Assembly (NCBI GenBank): GCA_045659245.1
Contig: JAZOWN010000066.1
Span: 2,213-66,212, forward strand
Reading direction: 5' to 3'
Length of the DNA stretch: 64,000 nt
DNA from: Eubacteriales bacterium
Lineage (GTDB): Bacteria > Bacillota > Clostridia > Oscillospirales > CAG-272
Shown piece by piece: positions 1 through 8,560 of the stretch. A program made the translations under genes and the position numbers. Every line of letters starts with the position of its first letter. Position 1 is the first letter of the stretch. The notes below the pieces were generated by a model. It did no database searches and had not been told where the DNA came from. It saw only the letters and a program-made list of their open reading frames with translations.

Positions 1-140
1 TCGGTGAGCACGCCGCCGTTTACATAAAGAGCATCCTCCCCGACAGAATGAAAATAAAGCTTGTGCTCATTGATGCGTACCGTGTCGGCAAAAGCATCTC
101 GGAGATAAAATATTTCGTTGACTGCGAGAAGACCTCTCAC
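1..140 (-). CDS. partial CDS, 5' portion only (continues past window start); product not recognised
   Basis: Minus-strand frame open from candidate GTG (138-140) to position 1. The GGAGG box at 163-167 is rather far upstream, so the start is uncertain. Confidence 0.3.
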   Translation of the reverse strand, partial: MRGLLAVNEIFYLRDAFADTVRINEHKLYFHSVGEDALYVNGGVLT

Positions 141-198
141 ATTGATAAATGGGTATATTCTCCTCCCAATTCGAGTAAAATCATAGAAACCTTATTTT

Positions 199-236
199 AA
201 CAAAAAACAAAAAGCGAACGGCATGCCGTTCGCTTT
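199..236 (-). terminator. Rho-independent terminator downstream of queT
   Basis: Perfect palindrome AAAGCGAACGGCATGCCGTTCGCTTT (211-236), followed on the minus strand by a T-rich run (forward A-run 201-210). Confidence 0.75.
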
Positions 237-253
237 TTCTTATTCATTCTTTA

Positions 254-748
254 TTATTTAAGCTTGAAAATTCTGTTTTCATGTTTCTTCAAAGAGAAAT
301 ACAGTCCCGTACCAAGCACGCATACCGAGATCAGCTCACCGATACCAACAGTCAGCATCATAAACGGTATTGCTTCCTCTACACCGTAGCCGTAGGCAAG
401 CACAAACGGAACGATAAGCGCGTTTGCCGCCACGGGGGGCAAGGTAGCGACTATCGGGTGCTTCCTCAAAAAATACGTACCAAGCGCACCTATGAGCGTT
501 GCTATCGGTCCTACGACAATATCAAGCCATACAGCACCCGTCAAGAGGTTTGAAATAAGGCAACCGAGATAAAGACCGGGAATTGCCGCAGGTGTAAAGA
601 TGGGCAATATACAGAGCATCTCCGACACTCTTACCTGAATAACCCCCGAATCAAGTCCGAATAGCTTTGCCACGTAGGTAAGCACGACGTAAAGAGCGGC
701 GATTATAGCGCCTTGGCATAGGAATACTGTTTTTGCGTTGCGTTTCAT
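254..748 (-). CDS. queT: QueT-family queuosine-precursor transporter (ECF S component)
   Basis: Hydrophobic ~164-aa protein starting MKRNAKTVFLCQGAIIAALYVV. The ATG at 746-748 follows GGAG. The longer tracked ORF (to 883) would run through the riboswitch and promoter. A preQ1 riboswitch lies directly upstream. Confidence 0.6.
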   Translation of the reverse strand: MKRNAKTVFLCQGAIIAALYVVLTYVAKLFGLDSGVIQVRVSEMLCILPIFTPAAIPGLYLGCLISNLLTGAVWLDIVVGPIATLIGALGTYFLRKHPIVATLPPVAANALIVPFVLAYGYGVEEAIPFMMLTVGIGELISVCVLGTGLYFSLKKHENRIFKLK

Positions 749-755
749 GTTTATT

Positions 756-798
756 CTCCGTAGTTTTGTTTTTCGTGAGGATGGTTTCGAACTCACGT
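756..798 (-). promoter_or_regulatory. preQ1-I riboswitch candidate
   Basis: Minus strand reads CGUGAG-UUCGAAACCAUC-CUCACG-AAAAACAAAACUA-CGGAG. This gives a 5-6 bp P1, a 12-nt loop and an A-rich tail ending in ACUA just before the SD, like the B. subtilis queC aptamer. Confidence 0.65.
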
Positions 799-805
799 AA
801 GGTAC

Positions 806-834
806 ATTGTACCACAAGGGACAAAAAAAGTCAA
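806..834 (-). promoter_or_regulatory. sigma-A type promoter for the riboswitch-queT unit
   Basis: Minus strand TTGACT (834-829), 17-nt spacer, TACAAT (811-806). Confidence 0.6.
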
Positions 835-840
835 TATATA

Positions 841-2094
841 TTACTTTATTATTTGGCAGTAGGTATAAAGTGAACCGAGGCAAACGAGCGATACTCCGTC
901 GCGGAGCGCCTTTTTCTTTGCGGCGGAAAAAGCTTCGCTGACACCGTCATATGCAAAGCATTCTACTCCGTTTTTGCGAAGAACGTCTGCGTACTCATTA
1001 GCATCAAGTGCGCGTGGATTATCGGGCGTCATAACAAAGGCAACCGAAGCTATCTCCGAAAGTCTTGAGGCGATATATTCGTAATCCTTATCCTTAAGCA
1101 CACCCGTGAGCACGTAGACCTTACCGTTAAAATAATGCTTAATGCTCTTTACGGCGCTGTCTATTCCCTCGGGGTTATGCGCGCCGTCAAAAATTATGAG
1201 CGGCTCTTTTTCAATGATTTCAAATCTCGCCTGCCAGCGCGCCGACAAAAGTCCGTCTCGCACAGCACAGTCGGAAATATCAAGTCCGCCGTCTCGCAGA
1301 ATATCTACTGCGGTAAGCACGGATGAGGCGTTTCTCGGCTGATAAAGTCCGAGAAGATGTATTTTCATGTCACTCCAAGTGCCAAAGTCAAAGCTTGTTC
1401 CATGAAGTGTTGCTTCTTTGATTTTGAGCTTACTATAATCTGTGCGGTAGCACTTACTTCCCTCTTTTTGAGCGGTATCGCTTATTACAGCATATACGGA
1501 CTCCCCCTCACCGCCAAAAAGCACGGGGCGAGTGTCCTTGATTATGCCTGCTTTCTCTGCGGCTATCTTTTCCACCGTATCGCCGAGGAATGCCGTATGG
1601 TCAAGGGCAATTCCCGTAATGACCGAAAGCAGAGGTTCTCTTATTATGTTCGTTGAATCAAGTCTGCCACCCATTCCCGCCTCAAGCACAACAACGTCGC
1701 ACCCGTTACGCTTGAAATACTCAAACGCCACGGCGGTTATAAGCTCAAACTCCGTAGGCTTATCCGTCATGTTTTCAGCTATGGGGCGCACGTAGGTAGT
1801 TATCTCTGCAAGCTCACCGTCGGAGATCGGCTCGCCATTTATACACATTCTCTCGTTAAAAATGCGGATATAGGGAGAGGTATAAAGTCCTGTTTTATAT
1901 CCCGCCTTACAAAGTATACTTGAAAGCATTGAGCAGAATGAGCCCTTGCCGTTAGTGCCTGCGACGTGGATAAATTTAAGTCCCTGCTCGGGGTGACCGA
2001 GTCTATCGCAAAGCTCGCCTATTCTCTCAAGTCCCGGCTTGCAGAAGCACCAGCTTATGCTGTGTATATATTCAAGTGATTCTTCGTAATTCAT
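841..2094 (-). CDS. folC: bifunctional folylpolyglutamate synthase / dihydrofolate synthase
   Basis: 417 aa with HVAGTNGKGS P-loop and a Mur-ligase-like layout. The start overlaps the folT stop (ATGA). Confidence 0.9.
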   Translation of the reverse strand: MNYEESLEYIHSISWCFCKPGLERIGELCDRLGHPEQGLKFIHVAGTNGKGSFCSMLSSILCKAGYKTGLYTSPYIRIFNERMCINGEPISDGELAEITTYVRPIAENMTDKPTEFELITAVAFEYFKRNGCDVVVLEAGMGGRLDSTNIIREPLLSVITGIALDHTAFLGDTVEKIAAEKAGIIKDTRPVLFGGEGESVYAVISDTAQKEGSKCYRTDYSKLKIKEATLHGTSFDFGTWSDMKIHLLGLYQPRNASSVLTAVDILRDGGLDISDCAVRDGLLSARWQARFEIIEKEPLIIFDGAHNPEGIDSAVKSIKHYFNGKVYVLTGVLKDKDYEYIASRLSEIASVAFVMTPDNPRALDANEYADVLRKNGVECFAYDGVSEAFSAAKKKALRDGVSLVCLGSLYTYCQIIK

Positions 2095-2639
2095 AAGCTT
2101 TCTCCCATGGTGTAGTCCACAGCGCGCCTAAACGACGCTCTGTCAAACAAAAGGCAAATAATAAAAATTTCCACAGATGCTATAACGAGATACAGAGGTA
2201 TTCTCCAAAGCACCAATATTCCGTAAAACTGATAAAGACCAATGCTCTTTACTATAATCGAGCCCGTGATGTGCGCAAGAGCACCCGACAGTATTATCTG
2301 TCTCCTACCCTTTTTCCTTACTATAAATCTTGCAACGATGCCAGACACCGCGCCGATCAGCGCCGCGCCTGCCGTAACTATGAGGTTGGGCGGATAAGTC
2401 TGCGGAGACAAAAGATAGCTCACAAGGTCGGAAGCCGCGCCAACGATAGCGCCGACTATCGGTCCGTAAAGAATACCCGAAACGATTATCGGCAGGTTTT
2501 CAAAGGTTATTCTGAAAAGTCCACCGCCGAAATTGAGATAAGTCTTACAGAAAATACCTATCACGACGCTCATGGCAACAAGCATTGCCGCTATGGTCAT
2601 TCCCTTTATGCTTCTGAAAAGCTTAGTTTTATTTTTCAT
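2091..2639 (-). CDS. folT: folate-family ECF transporter S component
   Basis: Multi-TM protein starting MKNKTKLFRSIKGMTIAAMLVAMSVV. The ATG at 2637-2639 follows GGAGG. It is coupled to folC and preceded by a THF riboswitch. Confidence 0.8.
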   Translation of the reverse strand: MKNKTKLFRSIKGMTIAAMLVAMSVVIGIFCKTYLNFGGGLFRITFENLPIIVSGILYGPIVGAIVGAASDLVSYLLSPQTYPPNLIVTAGAALIGAVSGIVARFIVRKKGRRQIILSGALAHITGSIIVKSIGLYQFYGILVLWRIPLYLVIASVEIFIICLLFDRASFRRAVDYTMGESL

Positions 2640-2640
2640 G

Positions 2641-2690
2641 AAAAAAACGCCTCCTTTTCCTCGACTCATAGGTTCGGGATAAAGAAGGCG
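2641..2690 (-). terminator. riboswitch expression-platform terminator that includes the folT SD
   Basis: Minus strand CGCCUUCUUU (2690-2681) pairs with AAAGGAGGCG (2657-2648): 10 bp with one G-U. A U7 run follows directly, ending 1 nt before the ATG. The GGAGG SD sits in the 3' arm. Confidence 0.65.
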
Positions 2691-2723
2691 CGCGTTGCCA
2701 TAAGGACTACCCTTTTACCGTAT

Positions 2724-2822
2724 GAAGCGGGATGCAGACTACGAGCCGCAAATCAAATGATTTTTCGTCCCATGGACAACTCCCCGTCCCACAGGCACTT
2801 CACGCTCGTGATCTTACTCTTC
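2724..2822 (-). promoter_or_regulatory. THF (folT-motif) riboswitch
   Basis: Minus strand GAAGAGUAAG...GAGCGUG...GGGACG...GGACGAAA...GCGGCUCGUAG..UGCAUCCCGCUUC. These blocks match the conserved AGAGUAG / GCGU / GGGA / ACGAA / UGCAUCCGCU blocks of the E. siraeum THF aptamer, with a closing P1 GAAG/CUUC. Confidence 0.75.
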
Positions 2823-2837
2823 TACAATTACGTATTT

Positions 2838-2865
2838 ATTATAGCACTTTTTCGCCGTTTGTCAA
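2838..2865 (-). promoter_or_regulatory. promoter of the THF riboswitch-folT-folC unit
   Basis: Minus strand TTGACA (2865-2860), 16-nt spacer, TGC-TATAAT extended -10 (2843-2838). Confidence 0.65.
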
Positions 2866-2885
2866 TAACTTTAAGGAAAAATCTC

Positions 2886-2914
2886 TTGACTTGTCTATTT
2901 CGATATGCTATAAT
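2886..2914 (+). promoter_or_regulatory. divergent promoter for the esterase gene
   Basis: TTGACT (2886-2891), 17-nt spacer, TGC-TATAAT (2909-2914). RBS AGGAGA at 2934-2939. Confidence 0.65.
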
Positions 2915-2947
2915 ACAAACTAAATAAGTCTTTCAGGAGAAAGTGGT

Positions 2948-3781
2948 ATGTTATATCAAAAATTCAATCTTTGGGATGAATATCCCGAAGCAACTCTTAC
3001 AGCTTACGTTTGCGAGCAGGATATAAAGATAGCTCCCCGTCCCGCAATAGTTATCTGTCCCGGCGGCGGCTACACCTTTCTTTCCCCCCGCGAGGCAGAG
3101 CCCATCGTCAGAAAATTCTTCGGCATGGGTATGAATGCCTATCTGCTCAACTATTCCGTCAAGGAAAGAGCAAAAGACTATGCACCTCTTATTCAGGCTG
3201 CAAAGGCAATAAAGCTCGTTCGTGAGCGCGCGGCAATTGACAACACCGATCCTACAAAAATATTTATTTTGGGCTTTTCCGCAGGCGGACATCTTGCGGC
3301 AAGCGCAGGTACACTTTGGAATTTGCCCATAGTGCGCGATGCGCTCGGTATTACAGCAGGAGAAGCGCCCGAGGGCATTATCCGCCCCGACGGAATGATC
3401 CTCTGCTACCCCGTTATTACCGTTGGCAAATATACTCACAAGAATACTGCAACATACATATGCGGACGCTCCAACATTTCAGAGCTTACGGAAGACGATA
3501 TTAAGAAATTCTCTATGAATCTTAACGTGGATTCCACGACTCCCCCTACCTTCCTCTGGCACACCGTCGCAGACGAGCTGGTTCCCATACAGAACTCAGT
3601 ATTGTTTGTTTCCGCGCTCGTAGAGGCAGGCGTTCCCTTTGAAGCCCATATCTTCCCATACGGCCATCACGGACTTTCCCTTGCGAGCAGCGAGACGGCT
3701 GACGGACATGAGTCGTATTTGGAGCATCATACCGAAATTTGGCCCGAGCTTGGCATTAAGTGGAGCAAAGAGTGCTTTTGA
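2948..3781 (+). CDS. alpha/beta hydrolase, acetyl-esterase/lipase-like
   Basis: 277 aa with GFSAGGHLAA nucleophile elbow, an upstream PGGGY oxyanion-type motif and a C-terminal HGL histidine. Confidence 0.7.
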   Translation: MLYQKFNLWDEYPEATLTAYVCEQDIKIAPRPAIVICPGGGYTFLSPREAEPIVRKFFGMGMNAYLLNYSVKERAKDYAPLIQAAKAIKLVRERAAIDNTDPTKIFILGFSAGGHLAASAGTLWNLPIVRDALGITAGEAPEGIIRPDGMILCYPVITVGKYTHKNTATYICGRSNISELTEDDIKKFSMNLNVDSTTPPTFLWHTVADELVPIQNSVLFVSALVEAGVPFEAHIFPYGHHGLSLASSETADGHESYLEHHTEIWPELGIKWSKECF

Positions 3782-3798
3782 CCCGTAAAATATAATAA

Positions 3799-3850
3799 CC
3801 GCCCTGCGGCTTACCTCTGCTTTCGCAGACTGCCGCAGGGCGGTTTTCTT
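3799..3850. terminator. bidirectional terminator between convergent genes
   Basis: CCGCCCTGCGGC (3799-3810) pairs with GCCGCAGGGCGG (3832-3843). T-run on the plus side and a T-rich run on the minus side. Confidence 0.7.
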
Positions 3851-3909
3851 ATGTTAAGCTTTCAATGCTTACGACCAGCTCATGGTCGTAGGCTTTTCTT
3901 CCTCAATAA

Positions 3910-4758
3910 TTAACTGCGTGCCGCGTTAGAAAAAGTCTTACCCGCGCGCAAATCATTTCCGAGAAGCTCGGAAACGGTGACTACCTCGTAGCCCTCCTCG
4001 TGAAGGCGCTCGAGAATCACGACGGTTGCATCGTATGTACTTTCATAAATATCGTGCATAAGAATTATGCTTCCGTCCTGCACATTTTCCATCACGTTAT
4101 CGACAATTTGCTCGACCTTTTCTTTTTGTACTGCGGCAGAATCTCCGGAAGAATACTTATACTTCCAATCCTCCGAGTCAACGTCCCACATGATCACGGA
4201 ATATTGTGAATTCTTAACCTGAGTCTGGGTTATCCGTCCGCCTACCGGACGCATAAGCCTTACGTTATACCCCTTAGCCTGTGAGCGTATCGCAGAGGCG
4301 GTCAAGGAAAGCTCCGACTTATATACCGAATCGTTGCAGGTATCGTAATAATAATCGTGCGTATACGCATGTATTCCTATCTCGTTTCCGTGATTTGCCG
4401 CGTACTGCATGGCATCTCCGCCTGCATACTCACTTCCGTCAACTCGGTTACCGACCACAAAAAAGGTTGCATGATAGCCGTATTTATCAAGCTCATTGAC
4501 TATTTTTGCCGTTCTCGTCACGTGAGGGCCGTCGTCGTAGGTAATAGCGACTCGCTTTGAATATTTGCCGTCAGTCTTTTTGTTCTCAGTCGTCTCTGAG
4601 GTATTCGTCTGAACGCCGCTGCCGATTATCGGAACAAAAGCGTCATTATCATTTCTGTTTGGTCGCCTCTTGCTTCCTCCGTCGTCACATCCTCCGAGAA
4701 CCGTTACAAGGCAAAGCAGAACACATATGCATACGGTAAATATACTTCTTTTCTTCAT
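3910..4758 (-). CDS. polysaccharide deacetylase (NodB-family) lipoprotein
   Basis: Signal peptide with lipobox LGGC, then a NodB domain with TYDDGP and HAYTH motifs. Confidence 0.8.
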   Translation of the reverse strand: MKKRSIFTVCICVLLCLVTVLGGCDDGGSKRRPNRNDNDAFVPIIGSGVQTNTSETTENKKTDGKYSKRVAITYDDGPHVTRTAKIVNELDKYGYHATFFVVGNRVDGSEYAGGDAMQYAANHGNEIGIHAYTHDYYYDTCNDSVYKSELSLTASAIRSQAKGYNVRLMRPVGGRITQTQVKNSQYSVIMWDVDSEDWKYKYSSGDSAAVQKEKVEQIVDNVMENVQDGSIILMHDIYESTYDATVVILERLHEEGYEVVTVSELLGNDLRAGKTFSNAARS

Positions 4759-4772
4759 ACCGTGCGCTGTCC

Positions 4773-5699
4773 TTAAAAATCCTGCTCCATAAGGCGCTTG
4801 TTGAATTCCTCTGCCGTGTTATATCCCATTTTCTTTTGTCTGTTATTCATAGCGGCAATTTCAAGAACCACTGCAAGGTTTCTACCGGGATGCACGGGAA
4901 TGGTGATAGACGGAACGTCAATACCCAAAATGTTTTCGTGCTGCTCGTCAAGGCCAAATCGGTCGTACATCTTTTCGGGATCCCACTGTTCAAGATTTAT
5001 GACAAGGCCAATTCTCTCAGTCGCCTTTACAGCTCCCATACCAAACAGTCTGCGGACATCAACTATTCCTATTCCGCGAAGCTCGATATAGTAGCGGATA
5101 AGCTCGGGGGCACTTCCGACGAGCGTTCTTGCGGAAACGCGCTTTATCTCGACCGCGTCGTCAGCAATAAGTCGGTGTCCTCTCTTTACAAGCTCGATCG
5201 CCGTTTCGCTCTTTCCTATTCCGCTGTCTCCGAGTATAAGCATACCCTCGCCGTAAACCTCGACCAAAACTCCGTGGCGGGTAATTCTCGGTGCAAGGCT
5301 TGTATTGAGGTTAGCTATCAGGGATGCGAGAAATTCACTCGTTCTCGTAGACGTACCCATGAGCGGAACGCCGTATTCCTTTGCCTTCTGCAGCAGCTCA
5401 TCGCATGGCAAAATATTTGACGTAAGTATAATAAGCACGGGCTTTTGTTTAAGATATGAATCGAGCGCGCTCATACGCTTATCTGACGAAAGCTCTGAAA
5501 GATATTGCTTCTCCACACGTCCTATTACCTGTATTCTCATAGGGTCGAACATCTCAACGAAGCCTGCGAGCGCAAGTCCTGGACGGTCAACCTCAGTACT
5601 TGATATTTGTATCTCCGCTGCAGACGTAGGCATATACAATTCCTCAAGCTGAAATTCTTTAACCAACGACTCAAGGGATATACTGTATTTTGACTTCAT
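4773..5699 (-). CDS. hprK: HPr kinase/phosphorylase
   Basis: 308 aa with GDSGIGKSE Walker A and typical length and order of HprK motifs. Confidence 0.9.
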   Translation of the reverse strand: MKSKYSISLESLVKEFQLEELYMPTSAAEIQISSTEVDRPGLALAGFVEMFDPMRIQVIGRVEKQYLSELSSDKRMSALDSYLKQKPVLIILTSNILPCDELLQKAKEYGVPLMGTSTRTSEFLASLIANLNTSLAPRITRHGVLVEVYGEGMLILGDSGIGKSETAIELVKRGHRLIADDAVEIKRVSARTLVGSAPELIRYYIELRGIGIVDVRRLFGMGAVKATERIGLVINLEQWDPEKMYDRFGLDEQHENILGIDVPSITIPVHPGRNLAVVLEIAAMNNRQKKMGYNTAEEFNKRLMEQDF

Positions 5700-5830
5700 A
5701 TCAACACCTCCGAAAAAAATCCGCGTGCATTACAGCGCACCGTACACACTACGTTTAATTATACCATATATTTGACAAAATTGGAAGAGCTTTTTATAAA
5801 TTTATATACGCACTTTTCTGAGCCCTTTCG

Positions 5831-5867
5831 GAAAAAGGAAAAGAGCCGTCCCTTTATGGGACGGCTC
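5831..5867 (-). terminator. rplS terminator
   Basis: Minus strand GAGCCGTCCC-ATAAA-GGGACGGCTC followed by TTTTCCTTTTT. Confidence 0.75.
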
Positions 5868-5874
5868 AAAGCAC

Positions 5875-6216
5875 TTAGATCTTTTCCTTAACCTTAGATG
5901 CCTTACCAACTCTGTCGCGCAAGTAGTAGAGCTTTGCTCTTCTTACCTTACCCTGACGGATGATGTCCACCTTCTCAACGTTGGGAGAGTGGATCGGGAA
6001 GGTCTTTTCAACGCCGCAGCCGTAAGAAACACGTCTTACAGTGAACGTCTCGGAGATTCCGCCGCCGTGCTTAGCGATAACGGTTCCCTCAAACATCTGA
6101 ATTCTCTCGCGAGAACCCTCCTTGATCTTGTTGTGAACACGGATAGTGTCACCAACGTTGATTACCGGAACCTCGGTCTTCAACTGCTCGTTTGTAAAAG
6201 CCTGAAGCATGTTCAT
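5875..6216 (-). CDS. rplS: 50S ribosomal protein L19
   Basis: 113 aa, [13 protein letters not shown]...[17 protein letters not shown], a clear L19 sequence. Confidence 0.95.
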   Translation of the reverse strand: MNMLQAFTNEQLKTEVPVINVGDTIRVHNKIKEGSRERIQMFEGTVIAKHGGGISETFTVRRVSYGCGVEKTFPIHSPNVEKVDIIRQGKVRRAKLYYLRDRVGKASKVKEKI

Positions 6217-6305
6217 CGTTCAGTCCTCCTAATAAATAATATCCAGACGTTCATGCAGAGCTTCGCAGCGGACCGCCTTTAAGCTGTGTTTTGCACACAG
6301 CGAGA
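6217..6305 (-). promoter_or_regulatory. structured rplS 5' leader (possible L19 autoregulatory leader)
   Basis: ~90-nt leader between the promoter and the RBS, with hairpin GCTGTGT-GCAAA-ACACAGC. Assignment to the Firmicute L19 leader family is by position only. Confidence 0.3.
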
Positions 6306-6308
6306 TAT

Positions 6309-6337
6309 ATTATATCATAACGTTTGCAATTTTGCAA
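6309..6337 (-). promoter_or_regulatory. rplS promoter
   Basis: Minus strand TTGCAA (6337-6332), 17-nt spacer, TATAAT (6314-6309). Confidence 0.6.
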
Positions 6338-6346
6338 TACCTTTTT

Positions 6347-7789
6347 TTAAATTTCTTGGTTTTTTTTGCGTTTTTTTGCTATTTTTCCAAATAATTTTGA
6401 GGCAGTTACTACTATTTCCCTGCCGTTAAAGACAAGCATAAAGGCTACAAGCGCTATTTCAAAATAGATCCAATAATTAAATCCTGCAATAAGGATTACA
6501 GTCTGTATGACCAAAATCGCCGTGTTTATCGCAACCCGTATGCTGTGCATATTGAATTTCAAATAATTTCGCGTATCTATAACGCGAATGAGGTAAACCG
6601 CAAAGTAGCTTATAGCAGTAGCAACAGCCGCACCCATAGCGCCCCTCGTCGGTATAAGAATAAAATTCAGAATGATGTTTATTATCGCACCTGCCATCGA
6701 GGTAAGCATTGACATTACGCTCTTTTTCTCAACGAAATAAACGCTGCCGAGAAAGGTCACGAGCGCTGAAAACGTCATGGCTATAACAAGCACGGGAACG
6801 TATTTATACGAGCTGTAATAGGAGTCCGCAAGCAAAATGCGAGTAAGGATCGTAGCCCCCGCTATGAGCGCAGAAGCACCCATAAATATAACTCCCATAT
6901 AGTTTTTAAACACCTCGCCGAAGAAATCCGCTCTCTCCTTTTCGTCCGCATCCTTTACGACTGAGAACTGCCATGCCTCGATAAACACTCCGCAAATGAG
7001 CAAAAGAAGTGTCGGGAGCTTATATGCCGCGGCATAAAGTCCGTTTTCTGCGGTTCCTTTGTATGCCGTAACGATATATCTGTCACTCGCAGAGGTAACG
7101 AACCACATGATGGTCGTAGGAATATACGGAATACTGAATTTAAGCATTTTGCGTACAGTATTCCTTTTTATACTTTTCGGAGAAAGGTATCTGTATAGCC
7201 TTGCCACAAAGAATATCATTACTGTCATAACAAGGTCGGATATTACAACGGAAAGCACGTAGCCGAGCGTTCCCATATCAAATCCAAGTAAGAACAAGAG
7301 ATTCAGCGCAATGGTAAGCGCGGTATTTATGATACCCTGAACGGCAAAAAGCGTAGTCTTCCCTATGGCGCGAAGAAAGTTCGCCGCCGCAAGGTGGAGA
7401 TTTGCGCATATAACGTAAGCTGCTATCAAAAAAACATAACCGTCAAATACGTTAAAAAATCGCAACAGCTGCACGAGTGCAAGCGTTGCAGCGCCTCCGA
7501 TGATGAGCACCGCAACAGCAGAGCTGAATATTTCCTTTCGTGCAAGAGCGCCGTCGTCCTCTCCGCCTCCCGTATCGAGCACGAAGCGGAATATGGCGTC
7601 GCATATACCGACCGCCGCAAGCGGCATCAAGAGGTTAGCCGTTTGCGTAAGAACGTCCGCAACACCAAATTCAGCGGTAGACAGAACGGCGGTATATAAC
7701 GGCATTAATAGGAAGACAAGCACCTTTGATGCAAAGGTGCCTGCTCCTAAAATTACCGTGTTAGAAAGTAATCTTCTATTTCTTCCCAT
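6347..7789 (-). CDS. MOP-superfamily oligosaccharide/polysaccharide flippase (Wzx/MurJ-like)
   Basis: 480 aa, about 14 predicted TM segments, N-terminus LSNTVILGAGTFASKVLVFLLMPLYT typical of the polysaccharide biosynthesis protein family. Confidence 0.7.
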   Translation of the reverse strand: MGRNRRLLSNTVILGAGTFASKVLVFLLMPLYTAVLSTAEFGVADVLTQTANLLMPLAAVGICDAIFRFVLDTGGGEDDGALARKEIFSSAVAVLIIGGAATLALVQLLRFFNVFDGYVFLIAAYVICANLHLAAANFLRAIGKTTLFAVQGIINTALTIALNLLFLLGFDMGTLGYVLSVVISDLVMTVMIFFVARLYRYLSPKSIKRNTVRKMLKFSIPYIPTTIMWFVTSASDRYIVTAYKGTAENGLYAAAYKLPTLLLLICGVFIEAWQFSVVKDADEKERADFFGEVFKNYMGVIFMGASALIAGATILTRILLADSYYSSYKYVPVLVIAMTFSALVTFLGSVYFVEKKSVMSMLTSMAGAIINIILNFILIPTRGAMGAAVATAISYFAVYLIRVIDTRNYLKFNMHSIRVAINTAILVIQTVILIAGFNYWIYFEIALVAFMLVFNGREIVVTASKLFGKIAKKRKKNQEI

Positions 7790-7795
7790 GGACGG

Positions 7796-8527
7796 TTAAT
7801 CGCAATTTTCGCAGTTGTGATATACGTTCATTACGTCATCGTCGTCCTCGAGCTTCTCAATGAGAAGTCCCATGAACTTAATATCGTCCTCGCTGTCGAG
7901 AGTTACGTAATTGGACGCGATCTTGGTCTTTTCAGCGGAAAGGAGCTCATAGCCTGCTGCTTCAAGCGCCTCCTTGACCGCATAAACGTCGTCCGGCTCG
8001 GTATAGATCTCAAAGACCTCTCCCTCTGCCGCAAAGTCCTCAGCACCTGCCTCAAGTGCTGTTTCCATAAGCTTATCCTCGTCAATATCTCCGTCCTCGT
8101 TACCGATAACGATAAGTCCCTTTTCGGAGAACAGATAGCCAACGCAGCCCGACTGTCCCATATTACCGTGGTACTTGGAGAAGTACGCTCTTACGTTGCC
8201 CGCAGTTCTGTTGCGGTTGTCCGTCGTTGCCTCTACGATAACGGCAATTCCCGCAGGACCGTAGCCCTCGTAAACTACCTCCTCGTAGTTTTCTCCCGTG
8301 TTACCGAGAGCCTTCTTTATGGTTCTCTCAATATTATCGTTAGGAACGTTATTTGCCTTTGCCTTAAGAATAAGGTCGCGAAGCTTGGAGTTAGATGCGG
8401 GATCTCCGCCCCCCTCCTTTACAGCAATAGTTATTTCCTTACCGATCTTCGTAAATACCTTCGCCTTTTGCGCATCGGTCTTTTCTTTTTTGTGCTTGAT
8501 ATTCGCCCATTTGCTATGTCCTGACAT
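7796..8527 (-). CDS. yebC: YebC/PmpR family DNA-binding transcriptional regulator
   Basis: MSGHSKWANIKHKK N-terminus, 243 aa. Confidence 0.9.
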   Translation of the reverse strand: MSGHSKWANIKHKKEKTDAQKAKVFTKIGKEITIAVKEGGGDPASNSKLRDLILKAKANNVPNDNIERTIKKALGNTGENYEEVVYEGYGPAGIAVIVEATTDNRNRTAGNVRAYFSKYHGNMGQSGCVGYLFSEKGLIVIGNEDGDIDEDKLMETALEAGAEDFAAEGEVFEIYTEPDDVYAVKEALEAAGYELLSAEKTKIASNYVTLDSEDDIKFMGLLIEKLEDDDDVMNVYHNCENCD

Positions 8528-8560
8528 TTTCTTTACCTCATTTTATATATACAATATTTA

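Noticed and set aside
254-883. Full 209-aa version of the queT ORF, and the 192-aa version of folT (to 2669)
   Set aside because: The N-terminal extensions would be translated from the promoter and riboswitch sequence. Internal ATGs with good SD sequences give proteins of the expected family length.
7817-8524. Long plus-strand ORFs opposite yebC, argS (8570-9109, 9176-9892), recN (11064-11690, 11792-12502) and many similar tracked ORFs
   Set aside because: They lie antisense to or overlap strongly supported conserved genes. They have low-complexity or stop-poor composition typical of shadow frames and no RBS or recognisable domain.
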